From Verrucomicrobiia bacterium (GTDB lineage: Bacteria; Verrucomicrobiota; Verrucomicrobiia; Limisphaerales; UBA1319), in NCBI GenBank assembly GCA_963664225.1, contig OY760937.1, positions 5,664,001-5,728,000 of the forward strand: a DNA stretch of 64,000 nucleotides. The letters run 5' to 3'. Below are positions 46,634-57,358 of this stretch, piece after piece. Position 1 is the first letter of the stretch. Each line of letters starts with the position of its first letter. The notes under the pieces are model-generated. The model worked only from the letters and a program-made list of their open reading frames with translations. It did not search any database and had not been told where the DNA came from. The position numbers and the translations under genes were made by a program.

Positions 46634-49600
46634 CTAAAACTCGGCGCGTAAACTTACGAGGCTATAGCCGGGCACCTTTATTGCGCCAGTTAGAGGCTTT
46701 CCGAGCTTTTCACTGGTGTCCGTAAGATAAATGGCTTTGGGTTTTCGACCGCCCCAAGTGATGTGGGTATCGTGCGTCTTACCTGAAACGCCGAACAGGC
46801 GAACGATCAGCGCTTTGCCGTCATCGGCGGGCTTCAGGGCGGATACCAGGATGTCTGGGGAGTCCACCTGCAAGAGGGGTGCCGCGGGCCGTGAAGATTC
46901 GGAAGCGCGGACGGGAAGGAGCGCGAAACTCCGGCTCAACCCGAACCGGGCCGACTCGGCCGGGTTGGATTGGCGATGCGGCCGCAAAACGAAGCGAAAG
47001 ACCACGGGGCCATCCTGGTAGGCGCGGTAATTGGTTCCCCAGTGGTTGTTCATGGACCAGGAATAAATTTTCTGGGTGGGTTCCACTTTTTTTCGCCAGA
47101 CATCGGGATTGGTTTGGGAATTGAGGAGTGTGGCGGTGATGCCGCCCACTTCCACCAAAGGCGCGTCGAGTGTGACCCAGGTGACACCACGGTTTTTGTT
47201 TGAGACTTCGGCCCAGCGTCCGACGGTGAACCAGTTCTTGCAGGCGCTGGGCATCTGATCGAGTTCCGGGCGCATGACACCCAAAGGGATATCCAGGAGA
47301 ATCTCCCCACCAGGCACGTTGAATGGAAATGCGAAATTGACGCTCTCCTTGCCTTCTTTGGCCATGTAGCTTTTTACATCGAGACGGGCCTTATCGACGG
47401 TGTTGATGATTTCGACATGGTCCATACCGGCGACGATGCGGATTTCCCGCTGCAACATGCGGCAGCCGGGGGCTGCGGATTCCACGATGAGCGAGGCGAC
47501 CAACGGACCTTTTTCGCCAACGCGCAGTTTCACCGGTCCATTGCGCTGGAGATTGGCCGGGTCTTCGCCTATGAGATAGCGATAATCATTGAGGGATTCG
47601 CCATTGCTTGTGTCGGCGAAATTCCCATCCACGCCGTGCAAGGTTAACTCAACAATGCCGCCCGTGATTTCATCGATGCGCACCCTTACGATGCCATTAT
47701 CCAGAACCGCGCCATTCACCGTTGCGGGTTTGGAGACGGCAGGAGAACCGTTGGCCACTCGATAGCGACGGGAACCCAAGGCGGGGATTTTGCTGGCCAT
47801 GAACACCATTTCGCCGGATGCGAGCCTTTGGGACGGCACGGGTTTGCCACGATCATCGATGATGGACGATCCCAGCGTAGCCAGTTCGGGCGAAAGCATC
47901 ACCAGATCGGTGCGGGTCCATGAAAGAGTGTTGAAGACATCGAAGACCGGCTCATTCGACGGTTTTCCACCGATGGCTTGTTTTAGGAGGGCTTCAGATT
48001 GTTGAGCGGCTTGCGTGGCGTAGCTCCTTTTAATGGCCCATTGTTCCTTTGTTTCCTTGCGTTCGGGTTCGCCCACGCTGCACCAGGCACCCCAGGTATG
48101 TTCCGAATAGAGCAGAACATTGTCCCACGCGTCATTGAAAGCTGCTTTGGGGTAATCCTGAGGACGCAACATGGCAAACAGGGTTTCCGCCTGGGCAAGC
48201 CGGTCGGAACTGGTGCGATTCATGCCAGTTTCGAGGGCGCTGGAGCCAGCGCCGTCCTCCCAATATGGGGTCCAATCGCCACGGACGACAGGCAGTTTAT
48301 CTCCGTATCGTTTTTCCAGTGCCTGAAAGGCCTCGCTGGCGGAGGAGATGACAAATTTGGGCCAGGCGTATTTCGAATTCCAATCCTTGACCGCCTCGCT
48401 GATTTCCAAGTCGGGCACTGCGTTATCGCCGTGACCGCTCCAGCGCACATGGGCGATGTCATAGGTGTAGCCGCGTTTGGCCAGGCCATCACAGAAATCG
48501 TCCACGAGTTCCGGAGTCAACCGGCCATAACGGTGAGACATGGCGTAGCCCCAGAACGGAATCCAGACGAGGACCTTGGATGTTCCATCCGGCCCCATCC
48601 AATAGAAGGGTTTGTTTTCCCACTCGCGCAATATGGTGCCGATGCGGTCGCCGTAATTGGGTGCAGTGGAGAAATATTTAATGCCCGCCATGTTCATCGC
48701 GGGAACCGTTCCCCACGTATAGCCGGGGACATCGCTGATCATGGCCGAATCGATGGTTATTCCACAGCGTTGGGCCAACTCCGTGGAGAAGCGGAACAAT
48801 CGAATCAGCTCTTCAGGGCGGCAAAGGCCGGTCAGTTCATTGAGATACATTCCGCACAAGGCGACCTGTCCGCTTTTGACCGCGTCCAGGAATGCGGTCC
48901 TCTGAGTGTCGTCCATGCGACGCAGGTATAAATCTGCCGCCCAAAGAACTTCGACATTCCAGACGAAACGGGAACCTGCGGGGTAATTGGCGGTTTTCTT
49001 CGCATACTCAATTCCCTGGAGGAGGTTGTTGACCTGCTTTTTTTCGATGTCGGTCTGGATTTCGGTATAGCCGATGTCCGTATGGGAGTGGGGCAGGACA
49101 TAGACGGTGAGTTTGGGAACCGGTTTCAAATGAACCACCTTGGCGGCTTTGGACTGGCCGTTGATTTGAACGGTCATTTTCCGATCTGTTTCCGTCGATA
49201 CGGCCGGTGTGAGAAAAATGTTGGTGTGAATACCTTCCTGGATTTTTCCCAAGGGCAGCGGTGTCGATCCTTCGACGTTCAAAACGGCATCGGCCTCCGC
49301 ACCAAAATGACGTAGAACGACCCGGATGGGCTGTTGCCAGGCTCCCTCTTTTTCCACCAATCCCCGGATGGTTTGCACCTCCTGAATCAGGGTAAGATCA
49401 TAGAGATTCGATAATTCGGCACCCGACGGGGTCGCAAGGCCGACCGAGTCGTAAAGCATCCAACAGCCATTGATGATGGTTAGGGTGACCGTATTATCTC
49501 CCTCCTTTAGAACGGATGATGGGAACGGAATGGAAACCTGGGTGGGTTTTCCCTTGGTTGGATCGCCGTTAATGGAATCGTCGCCGCCGCCGCGGGGCAG

Positions 49601-50071
49601 GGCACGTTCAAATGTCTGGTCGTTGATTTGAATGCGCAGGGTTGGAGGCAGGGAGGCTTGAGTGTCCAATAGATCCAACTGAAGTCGGCATTCGCCGGGG
49701 GTGGGCAGTTTTTTCAAAACAAACAGAATCGTGAAGGGATGAGGGCGTCCACCGGCCCAGGCGTCCTGCAGACCGGGGTGGACATAGGGCCAGTCCTTCC
49801 GGGTGTCTGAAGCGCCCACAAGAAAGAATCCGTCCTGGTTAAAGCGGCTGAAACCACCGGGGGCGAGCGCAAATTCCGAGTTTTTGTGGTCGGGCTGACC
49901 CACCTGCCAAAGCCAGGCGTTATCCGCGGCGGTTGCGGAAGTGAGCGTGAGCATTGCCAGGCAGATCAGAGCGACAGCCTGGAGGAACAGGCGCGGCGCG
50001 GACATGCGCTGAATATCGACAGGTCGATTGCGGGACAGGGCCGAAGATGGCGGGTGCGCGTGCGTTCTCAT
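46634..50071 (-). CDS. Secreted GH38-like (alpha-mannosidase fold) glycosidase with N-terminal rhamnogalacturonan-lyase domain III-like module
   Basis: 'HSHTDIGYT', 'MISDVPGY', 'YSEHTWG', 'FNTLSW.R', 'MNNHWGTNY', 'LKPADDG'; N-terminal 'LWQVG..D..EFALAP...DWPYVHPG'. True start is probably 50071 or 50005, as the longer ORF overlaps the neighbouring gene. Confidence 0.8.
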   Translation of the reverse strand: MRTHAHPPSSALSRNRPVDIQRMSAPRLFLQAVALICLAMLTLTSATAADNAWLWQVGQPDHKNSEFALAPGGFSRFNQDGFFLVGASDTRKDWPYVHPGLQDAWAGGRPHPFTILFVLKKLPTPGECRLQLDLLDTQASLPPTLRIQINDQTFERALPRGGGDDSINGDPTKGKPTQVSIPFPSSVLKEGDNTVTLTIINGCWMLYDSVGLATPSGAELSNLYDLTLIQEVQTIRGLVEKEGAWQQPIRVVLRHFGAEADAVLNVEGSTPLPLGKIQEGIHTNIFLTPAVSTETDRKMTVQINGQSKAAKVVHLKPVPKLTVYVLPHSHTDIGYTEIQTDIEKKQVNNLLQGIEYAKKTANYPAGSRFVWNVEVLWAADLYLRRMDDTQRTAFLDAVKSGQVALCGMYLNELTGLCRPEELIRLFRFSTELAQRCGITIDSAMISDVPGYTWGTVPAMNMAGIKYFSTAPNYGDRIGTILREWENKPFYWMGPDGTSKVLVWIPFWGYAMSHRYGRLTPELVDDFCDGLAKRGYTYDIAHVRWSGHGDNAVPDLEISEAVKDWNSKYAWPKFVISSASEAFQALEKRYGDKLPVVRGDWTPYWEDGAGSSALETGMNRTSSDRLAQAETLFAMLRPQDYPKAAFNDAWDNVLLYSEHTWGAWCSVGEPERKETKEQWAIKRSYATQAAQQSEALLKQAIGGKPSNEPVFDVFNTLSWTRTDLVMLSPELATLGSSIIDDRGKPVPSQRLASGEMVFMASKIPALGSRRYRVANGSPAVSKPATVNGAVLDNGIVRVRIDEITGGIVELTLHGVDGNFADTSNGESLNDYRYLIGEDPANLQRNGPVKLRVGEKGPLVASLIVESAAPGCRMLQREIRIVAGMDHVEIINTVDKARLDVKSYMAKEGKESVNFAFPFNVPGGEILLDIPLGVMRPELDQMPSACKNWFTVGRWAEVSNKNRGVTWVTLDAPLVEVGGITATLLNSQTNPDVWRKKVEPTQKIYSWSMNNHWGTNYRAYQDGPVVFRFVLRPHRQSNPAESARFGLSRSFALLPVRASESSRPAAPLLQVDSPDILVSALKPADDGKALIVRLFGVSGKTHDTHITWGGRKPKAIYLTDTSEKLGKPLTGAIKVPGYSLVSLRAEF

Positions 50072-50285
50072 AGGTGGTGTTTCGTGGATGGAGGATAACC
50101 TGTGCGGAGGCCAGCGGGCAACTGGAATTTTAAGAAGGCGGGGGAAAAATGAGGACGCCACGAAATGAACGAAATAATTGAAATGGAAAGGTGTAATCCG
50201 CAGATGCCGCAGAGATGCGCAGATCGAACCCCAAGAACCTGGTGCGGTACTTTCTATAGAGAATTTGTCCTGCGCCCCGGTAAAA

Positions 50286-50828
50286 TTATATGCGGGAGCG
50301 TTCGGGTGTATTGGCGAGTCTGGGGAATGTTCTTTGAAGCTCCCGGATGAATTTTTCCGGATCGTCCGGTGTAACAACGACGGTGCGCGTTCGTAACTTG
50401 AGGACAACGGCACGTTTTGGGTCCGTGATATAGGCCCGGTAGCGGCCCAATTTTTCGTTTCGAAACAGGCCGCTCATGGCGAAAAGTCCGTCATTGCCCC
50501 AGATTTTCCTGGAGCGTTTGGTGACTTCAGGATCGTGGTAAACGGCTTCCAAATCGCCAAGGTCCAGAGTGTTCGACCATAAAAGGCGCTGAATGCTTAA
50601 GCGGCCCGCATCCAGAGTGTAACCGCGAATCATGAAGAAGGCGCAGCCCAGCAAAATGGCCGGGGGCACAACCAGCATGATCAATAGCACCCTGATGCTC
50701 ATGGCTGGAGAGTGTGCAGCGCGCAAGATAATGAATTGAATGGCTGGCAATATGAGCAGCAGAGAGCCGGTCAGAATGGTGAGGAGGATCACTTTTCGCC
50801 CCCACGGGGCCGAGAAAGATATATTCAT
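50286..50828 (-). CDS. Membrane protein with bacterial PH domain (bPH_5-like)
   Basis: Two N-terminal TM helices, then '[25 protein letters not shown]...VVL...VVVTPDDP..F'. Confidence 0.7.
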   Translation of the reverse strand: MNISFSAPWGRKVILLTILTGSLLLILPAIQFIILRAAHSPAMSIRVLLIMLVVPPAILLGCAFFMIRGYTLDAGRLSIQRLLWSNTLDLGDLEAVYHDPEVTKRSRKIWGNDGLFAMSGLFRNEKLGRYRAYITDPKRAVVLKLRTRTVVVTPDDPEKFIRELQRTFPRLANTPERSRI

Positions 50829-51016
50829 GAGTTCTTTGGTTCTTCAGGGATTGAGGTGGAGGAGCGGGACGACCCCTTGCGGTGCTGTGTGACAGACTGC
50901 CGCAAGAGGTATTCGATCTGGCCGTTGACACTGCGCAATTCTTCCTGCGCCCAAGCCTCCAACTCCGACCAGAGCTTGGGATCGATCCGCAGCAAGAATG
51001 ACTTTCTATTTTCCAT
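50825..51016 (-). CDS. Arc-like ribbon-helix-helix DNA-binding protein
   Basis: '[28 protein letters not shown]' RHH pattern; 4-bp ATGA overlap with the downstream gene. Confidence 0.85.
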   Translation of the reverse strand: MENRKSFLLRIDPKLWSELEAWAQEELRSVNGQIEYLLRQSVTQHRKGSSRSSTSIPEEPKNS

Positions 51017-51122
51017 GCCCGACGTTGTGAAAGTTCAATTCTGTATTTGTTATCAGTGATAGCCGATGTGCCGGGTGAGGGCACCAGGCCCACAGCCTGA
51101 AAGATCACTTCTGTATTCGTTC

Positions 51123-52034
51123 TCAGTGATAGAGGGTGCCGGCATTCACCACGGGGTGGACTTCGGATTCGGCGCAAAGAACGACCAGGAGGTTGCTCAC
51201 CATCGAAGCCTTGCGTTCCTCATCGAGATTGACGACGGATTTCTCCGCCAATTCGCGCAAGGCCATATCGACCATGCTGACCGCGCCGTGGACGATTTGT
51301 TTTCTGGCGGCGATGACCGCCTCGGCCTGCTGGCGGCGCAACATGGCGCTGGCAATTTCCGGTGCGTAAGCCAGATGGGTCAAACGGGCTTCCTCGACGA
51401 TCACACCCGCCTTGGCCAGACGCTCCTGCAATTCCTTGCGGAGGTTCACGGAGACCTCATCCACACCGCTGCGCAGGGTGATTTCGTTTTCTTCACCGTG
51501 GTCGTAAGCGTAGCTGCTGGCGAGGTGACGGACGGCGGATTCGCTTTGAACGCTGACGTAATCATCGTAGCGCTCCACGTCGAACATCGCCTGGGCGGTG
51601 TCCTCGATCCGCCAGACCACGACCGCGCCGATTTCGATGGGGTTGCCCCGTTTGTCGTTCACCTTCAAGGGTTGGCCATTGAGATTATGGGCGCGCAACG
51701 AAATGCGGAGTTTTCGATTGAACGGATTGGTCCAATGAAAACCGCTTTCGCGCACCGTTCCCACATAAGCGCCGAAAAGGATCAGCACACGAGCCTCATT
51801 CGGCTGCAGGGTGAAAAAGCCCGAGGACAGAATGGATAACAGGATTAATCCTGTGATGCCTCCGAACAGAGAGAGCAGATTAGGCTCGGAGTTGGTTTGG
51901 ACGGCAATGACGATCGAGTGAATGGTCAGATAGAGGCTGCCCACAATCATCAGGAAGATGATGCCTGCCATGAACCAGCCATTAATAACCCCGACTTGTC
52001 TTTCCTTGGATGCGACTTGGATTTGGTTGCTCAT
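51123..52034 (-). CDS. SPFH/Band 7 domain membrane protein
   Basis: Two TM helices; 'PNEARVL.LFG.Y.GTV', '[12 protein letters not shown]', '[18 protein letters not shown]', '[10 protein letters not shown]'. Confidence 0.92.
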   Translation of the reverse strand: MSNQIQVASKERQVGVINGWFMAGIIFLMIVGSLYLTIHSIVIAVQTNSEPNLLSLFGGITGLILLSILSSGFFTLQPNEARVLILFGAYVGTVRESGFHWTNPFNRKLRISLRAHNLNGQPLKVNDKRGNPIEIGAVVVWRIEDTAQAMFDVERYDDYVSVQSESAVRHLASSYAYDHGEENEITLRSGVDEVSVNLRKELQERLAKAGVIVEEARLTHLAYAPEIASAMLRRQQAEAVIAARKQIVHGAVSMVDMALRELAEKSVVNLDEERKASMVSNLLVVLCAESEVHPVVNAGTLYH

Positions 52035-52044
52035 AAAGTTAGGT

Positions 52045-52098
52045 AGGTATTATTTATATACCATAGTGATATCATAACGCAATCACGGCAGGTGTCAA
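52045..52098 (-). promoter_or_regulatory. Sigma70 promoter of the SPFH-Arc-PH operon with overlapping palindrome
   Basis: Minus strand TTGACA (52093-52098), 16 bp, TATGAT (52071-52076); palindrome TGATATCA at 52067-52074. Confidence 0.6.
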
Positions 52099-52248
52099 TC
52101 CCCTGAATGAAATTAATTGAAGAAAGGGGGAAGTGCGCATCAAGAGTCAGGCCTCCGGGGATGAATAAGGAAATTCGAGGAGATGAATCAAGATCAATCC
52201 CGAGACTGCCAAAAGCGATACGAAAAAAGCCTCGATGAGGCGTGCAAC

Positions 52249-54729
52249 CTATTTATCTGCAATAGGTTTAAAACCGCTAACGAGGTTCCAATAGGCGCGG
52301 TCCAGATCGTAAACATTCACGGGCGACGCGCTGTCGTCCAGGTCCGGGGCGAGGACGCCGAAGCGTTTCATTTCACGCACATAAGCGGCGGTCGGCTTGA
52401 AATCAGGCATGTCGAAGCGCCCGATTTTCTTAAGCTGGCGCTGGCCCGCCTCACACATGGCCAGGAGTTTCTGATAATCAGGATCGTTGCGATCCTTAAA
52501 GACGATGACCGGTTGTTTGTTCTGGTCGAGACAAGCGCCATAGCCGCCTTCGCTTTTTTCCAGAGGCCCGAGGAGGATGAGCGATTTCTCCGGGCGGCTC
52601 AGATTATAGACCATGTGGCGGCTGAGATTGAGGCGGGGATCGTTAAAATCCGGCCGCCAAAATGAAACATCCCGTTCGTCGGAAAGGACTCGAGGCAGAG
52701 TCCAACTTTTGATGTGACACGAGGCGCAGCGGCGATCGATGACATCGGCGGCGGCTTTGGATTCGGGCCAGTTTTTATCGGCATCGTTCTCCTGGTTTTC
52801 GTGGTAACCGCCGATCATCCCGCAACCCAATGCGGCATAAGTGCCGGGGTAGGGGGCGCCGGATTCAATCCAGTAACGCACTTTCTCGAAGTCTTCAGAC
52901 GATGCCTTAACGTCATGATGGCTACCGTTGAACTTGGTCATCAGAGGACTGGCCGTCGCGCCGATTTTTCGGGGCGCCAGATTGCTCTTGGGATCATTGC
53001 GACCATCCACAACTTGATGGCGACAAGTGAGGGTGTAATAGCTGTGGGAATACATGGGGCCGTGATCGCCAGTGAGAATAACGCGTCCGTCCCGGCGGTC
53101 ATAATCGTGGCAACGCACGCAGTAGCGATCCAGAATGGGCTGGATATCGCGAGGGAAATCAAAGACATCGGGAATGCCTGAGACGGGCGTGATGGCACTG
53201 GCTGCCCGACGCGATGCCAGGGGCATTTCGTTTTTGGAAATGGTCGGCGCCTGAGCGCGATTTTCGTGGCAGCCGACACAGCCCATGGTTTCCCCGGGCA
53301 TCACGGATAAAAAGCTCTGCATGCGTTTTATCGAGTTGCCGTGTTCATCCAGGGCGATCAGAAACAGGCTGCGCAAGGCGGGGACATCAAAATACGCGGA
53401 GCCATCGGCCTCAACGGGGACCGTGCCCAGGATTCGCTCCAAAGTGAAGGTGCCGCCATAGGAGAGCGGTTCCATGCCGCCCGTGTAATTAATGGGCTTG
53501 GGGAGGGACTCCACGACGAGCAGCTTTTTGACTTCACCGGACTTGACTCCTCCCATATTGCGGCCCGTTCGCACGTTGGACAGTAAAAGCGATCCAGTGG
53601 ATCTGGTGTAATCTACGCGCGGTTGGACCACTTTTTCCAGCGGACGTGAAGCCAAAGGGCGGGGTTCGTGGCACCAGATTTCCTTCGACGCCAAATCATT
53701 GGGGAGACGGTATAATTCCCGCACTTCACCCTGCTCGTTGACGACCACGATGCGCGAGTTTTGAGCCGCCAGAAACTGGCCCTGGCCCAAGGGGTAGGGG
53801 TCCCGGAAATCATCGGTCTTTGTAATGCGACGCGCGGAGGGAAGATCGTCCGGACCCTTCTGTGGCGAAACGATGGTCAGGGCGCCCGCATGTTCCCGCT
53901 GGCCGTGACCCGCCGAAAAAACAGACATGATGGTGTCCGTGCCGGGAATGGGTTTGGCATCGATCATGACCGTGCCGGGATGCAGGTTGCCGTAATAGAC
54001 CATTTGACCGGTGCCATCGGGATTCGAAGTCCATAGATGATGATAATCGACCTGGCTGCGATCGACATATTCCCAGCGAGTGTAAAGAATGCGACCGTCG
54101 GGCAGGGGCCATGGTGTGTTGTCCTGCTCAATATTTGCGGAAATCTGGCGAATGTTTCCCCCGGAGCGATCGCAACGGTGGAGGACGGCAACTTGAGTTA
54201 GCCAGCAATTCACCCACCGGCGGCACCGGCTGGAAACGAAGAAGATATCGCCGTCGGGTAGATAGGAGGGTTCGAAATCATCGTAGGGGCCATCGGTGAG
54301 TTGCTTCAAACCCGTGCCATCGGATTGAATTTCATAAAGGTGATAGGCGTCCGTGCCGCCTTTACGGTAGGAAAAGAGAATGGTCCGTCCGTCATAATGC
54401 ACCTGGGGATCGCGGATGGCGCCCTCGGGATCGCAGATCAGGTCGGTGGTTTTGCCTGTCGTGAGATTCAAACGGCACAGGCGCCCTTGCGCTCGAAACG
54501 CCTTGCGTTCGGTGCTGTCCGCATAATAACCAAAATTGGCATACCAGTGGCCGTCATAATTCATTTGCCGGGTGGCAAAAATGATTTCGGTTATGTTGGC
54601 GGGCAGGGCGGAATTTTCAGCGGCGGCAGCAGTCGAATGGACGCCACAGACCAATAGGAATACGCTTACGAGGGCAACGCAAAATACGGCCAAATTGCGT
54701 CTGCAGAAGCTGAGTAAGCTGTTCTTCAT
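52249..54729 (-). CDS. Secreted beta-propeller / hydrazine-synthase-alpha-middle-domain protein with three c-type heme motifs
   Basis: Signal peptide; PD40-like repeats ('QLTDGPYDDFEPSYLPDG', 'DGRILYTRWEY'); 'LGTVPVEADGSAYF.VP...ALDE.G....MQS....PGE..GCVGCHE'; further CVRCH and CASCH. Confidence 0.75.
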   Translation of the reverse strand: MKNSLLSFCRRNLAVFCVALVSVFLLVCGVHSTAAAAENSALPANITEIIFATRQMNYDGHWYANFGYYADSTERKAFRAQGRLCRLNLTTGKTTDLICDPEGAIRDPQVHYDGRTILFSYRKGGTDAYHLYEIQSDGTGLKQLTDGPYDDFEPSYLPDGDIFFVSSRCRRWVNCWLTQVAVLHRCDRSGGNIRQISANIEQDNTPWPLPDGRILYTRWEYVDRSQVDYHHLWTSNPDGTGQMVYYGNLHPGTVMIDAKPIPGTDTIMSVFSAGHGQREHAGALTIVSPQKGPDDLPSARRITKTDDFRDPYPLGQGQFLAAQNSRIVVVNEQGEVRELYRLPNDLASKEIWCHEPRPLASRPLEKVVQPRVDYTRSTGSLLLSNVRTGRNMGGVKSGEVKKLLVVESLPKPINYTGGMEPLSYGGTFTLERILGTVPVEADGSAYFDVPALRSLFLIALDEHGNSIKRMQSFLSVMPGETMGCVGCHENRAQAPTISKNEMPLASRRAASAITPVSGIPDVFDFPRDIQPILDRYCVRCHDYDRRDGRVILTGDHGPMYSHSYYTLTCRHQVVDGRNDPKSNLAPRKIGATASPLMTKFNGSHHDVKASSEDFEKVRYWIESGAPYPGTYAALGCGMIGGYHENQENDADKNWPESKAAADVIDRRCASCHIKSWTLPRVLSDERDVSFWRPDFNDPRLNLSRHMVYNLSRPEKSLILLGPLEKSEGGYGACLDQNKQPVIVFKDRNDPDYQKLLAMCEAGQRQLKKIGRFDMPDFKPTAAYVREMKRFGVLAPDLDDSASPVNVYDLDRAYWNLVSGFKPIADK

Positions 54730-54792
54730 GTGAATGGTTTATTTCAGGACATTATGCCCGGGATGACAAGCCGTAAAACGATTGTATGGCAC

Positions 54793-54830
54793 AAAAAAAC
54801 ACGATCCGGCGCATGAGGCCAAATCGTGTT
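54793..54830 (-). terminator. Probable terminator downstream of glgB
   Basis: aaaaaaacacgat...atcgtgtt hairpin with U-tract on the minus strand. Confidence 0.5.
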
Positions 54831-54910
54831 ATTCCATAATGGGCTGCATGAGCCCATGCGGTCGTTTTACTCCAAGGCGCCGAACTCCGAGCGAATGCGT
54901 TTGGGATCGT

Positions 54911-57109
54911 TTAACCTTCGCTCTTAAAAACGGAAATGCTCAAGGGTGGCAGAGTGATCGAAGCGGACCAGTTTTGGTGGTGGCAAGGAACTTCTTCCGC
55001 AGTGACACCGCCGAGGTTTCCCTGGTTGCTGCCTCCAAAAACCGAGGAATCGCTATTGAGCACTTCCCGCCAAAAACCGGGGCAGGGCAGACCGATCCGA
55101 TAATGGTGTCGTGTCACCGGGGTCAGGTTCAGAACGATCAGCAAGCGTTTGGTGCAATTCTTGTTCTGGCGCACAAAAGAAAGCACGCTGTTCTCGTGGT
55201 CCGTGCAATCCAGCCAATAAAAACCGACAGTGTCATAGTCCGCCTCCCAAATGGCGGACTCGTTTTTGTAGAGTGCGTTAAGATCTTGTAGAAATTTCTG
55301 TGTTCCCTTATGGAACGGGCCCGCTTCCAAAAGAGGCCAGTCAATGCTGGCATTTGGATTCCACTCGGAGCTCTGGCCGATTTCGTCGCCCATGAAGACC
55401 AGCTTTTTACCGGGAAACAGCCATTGATACCCCAACAAGAGACGTAGATTGGCGAATTTTTGCCAATCGTCACCCGGCATTTTGCCAATCAGGGAACCTT
55501 TGCCATGGACAATTTCGTCGTGCGACAAGGGCAGGACGAAATTCTCGTGGTAGTGGTAGAGCATTGCGAACGTGAGATCGTTCTGATGAAATTTCCGAAA
55601 GACGGGATCCAGGCTGAAATAGCGGAGGGTGTCGTGCATCCATCCCATGTTCCATTTCAAGGTGAATCCAAGACCGCCGAGGTATGGGGGTCGGCTCACC
55701 TGAGGCCATGCGGTGGATTCCTCAGCGATCATCATCACACCCGGATGCTCGGTTTGCACCAGGTGATTGACGTGTTTCAGAAAAGCCACTGCCTCGAGGT
55801 TCTCCCGACCGCCGTATTGATTGGGGATCCACTCGCCAGGATTGCGGGAATAATCCAGATAAAGCATAGAGGCGACGGCGTCCACGCGCAAACCATCGAT
55901 ATGAAAGCGTTCACACCAAAAGAGGGCGTTTGCGGTGAGAAAGTTGCGTACTTCATTTCTGCCGTAATTGAATATAAGGGTGCCCCAGTCCTGATGAGCG
56001 CCCTGGCGGGGATCCTCGTGTTCGAAAAGCGCTGTGCCATCAAAACGCGCCAGGGCCCAGGTATCCCTTGGGAAATGGGCCGGCACCCAATCAATCAGAA
56101 CTCCAATGCCGGCTTCGTGGAAGGCGTTGACCAGGTATTGGAAATCGTCCGGCGTTCCGTAGCGGGATGTAGGGGCGAAAAAACCGGTGACCTGGTAGCC
56201 CCAGGAAGGGAAGTAGGCGTGCTCGGCTACAGGCAGGAATTCGACATGCGTGAATCCCATTTTTCGGACGTAATCGACCATGGGTTGCGCAATTTCGCGA
56301 AAGCTGGGGGATTCGCCCATGCTTTTCTTCATCCAGGAACCAAGATGAACCTCGTAAATGCTGATGGCGGAGGATAGCGGTTTCCATTCCTGCCTGCGCT
56401 TCAGCCAGGCTCCGTCGGTCCATGCGAATTTGGAATTGTCCCAAACGACGGAAGCGGTTTTCGGCGGGATTTCAAAGAGGAATCCGAAGGGATCGGTCTT
56501 GAGCATCAGTTGGTCATGCGCATCCTTGATCTCAAATTTATAACAGGCACCGGCCGTAACGCCTGGAATAAATATTTCCCAAATTCCCGAGGATCCCACC
56601 AGACGCATGGGATGGACGCGGCCATCCCAGTTATTAAAAATTCCCACAACGCTGACCCGTTTGGCATTGGGAGCCCAGACAGCAAAGCTTGCACCATGAA
56701 CGCCATCGATAACCCGCAAATGAGCGCCCAGTTTGTCATGAATGAGGTGCTCGTTGCCTTGGGCAAAAAGATACAAGTCGGTTTCGCCCAAAGTGGGCAG
56801 GAAAGAGAACGGATCACGAAATTGCCGTGTCTGGCCCTGTTCGTCGGTGACGATCAGGTCATAGGCGTAAACGCGCTTGGAATCCTGGCAAACACCTTCG
56901 AACAGGCCGGTTTTGTGAATTCTCTTGAGCTTGAAGCGTGGCTTCGAGGATTCATGCACGGGAACCACTTCCACTTGCGCCGCACCCGGTTGCATGGATC
57001 GCACAACGATACCGGAACCATCCCCCAGAGGATGCATGCCAAGGAGTTGATGCGGGGATTGATGCCGCACTTGAACCAGACTATCCCGTTCCTGCGCAGT
57101 TAAAAGCAT
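54911..57109 (-). CDS. glgB: 1,4-alpha-glucan branching enzyme (GH13)
   Basis: 'FAVWAPNA', 'IYEVHLGSW', 'SWGYQ', 'DWVPAHFP', 'GLRVDAVASM', 'AEEST', 'LSHDE'. Start at ATG 57109. Confidence 0.96.
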   Translation of the reverse strand: MLLTAQERDSLVQVRHQSPHQLLGMHPLGDGSGIVVRSMQPGAAQVEVVPVHESSKPRFKLKRIHKTGLFEGVCQDSKRVYAYDLIVTDEQGQTRQFRDPFSFLPTLGETDLYLFAQGNEHLIHDKLGAHLRVIDGVHGASFAVWAPNAKRVSVVGIFNNWDGRVHPMRLVGSSGIWEIFIPGVTAGACYKFEIKDAHDQLMLKTDPFGFLFEIPPKTASVVWDNSKFAWTDGAWLKRRQEWKPLSSAISIYEVHLGSWMKKSMGESPSFREIAQPMVDYVRKMGFTHVEFLPVAEHAYFPSWGYQVTGFFAPTSRYGTPDDFQYLVNAFHEAGIGVLIDWVPAHFPRDTWALARFDGTALFEHEDPRQGAHQDWGTLIFNYGRNEVRNFLTANALFWCERFHIDGLRVDAVASMLYLDYSRNPGEWIPNQYGGRENLEAVAFLKHVNHLVQTEHPGVMMIAEESTAWPQVSRPPYLGGLGFTLKWNMGWMHDTLRYFSLDPVFRKFHQNDLTFAMLYHYHENFVLPLSHDEIVHGKGSLIGKMPGDDWQKFANLRLLLGYQWLFPGKKLVFMGDEIGQSSEWNPNASIDWPLLEAGPFHKGTQKFLQDLNALYKNESAIWEADYDTVGFYWLDCTDHENSVLSFVRQNKNCTKRLLIVLNLTPVTRHHYRIGLPCPGFWREVLNSDSSVFGGSNQGNLGGVTAEEVPCHHQNWSASITLPPLSISVFKSEG

Positions 57110-57358
57110 ACTTTTTATTATGCCAGCAAAATTTAAAAAAGCACGAAAAAACGGCCTGGATCGATTATCTTCCTGTATAGAACACGGGAAAGGCCCGCCG
57201 CATTGGCCAATAAAACGATTTTTGCGATATTTTGATCCCAAAGTTTCTTCGTTCATGGGATCGTTGATCAAATCCTATCCATCGGTGGCTCCACATAACT
57301 TGAATGGTCTGAACGTTTTTTGTTTGAAAAATGCGCGTTTGAAATGCAGCGTTCACGC

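Noticed and set aside
50072..50413. N-terminal extension of the 1259-aa ORF
   Set aside because: It overlaps the PH-domain gene, is not protein-like, and precedes the apparent signal peptide.
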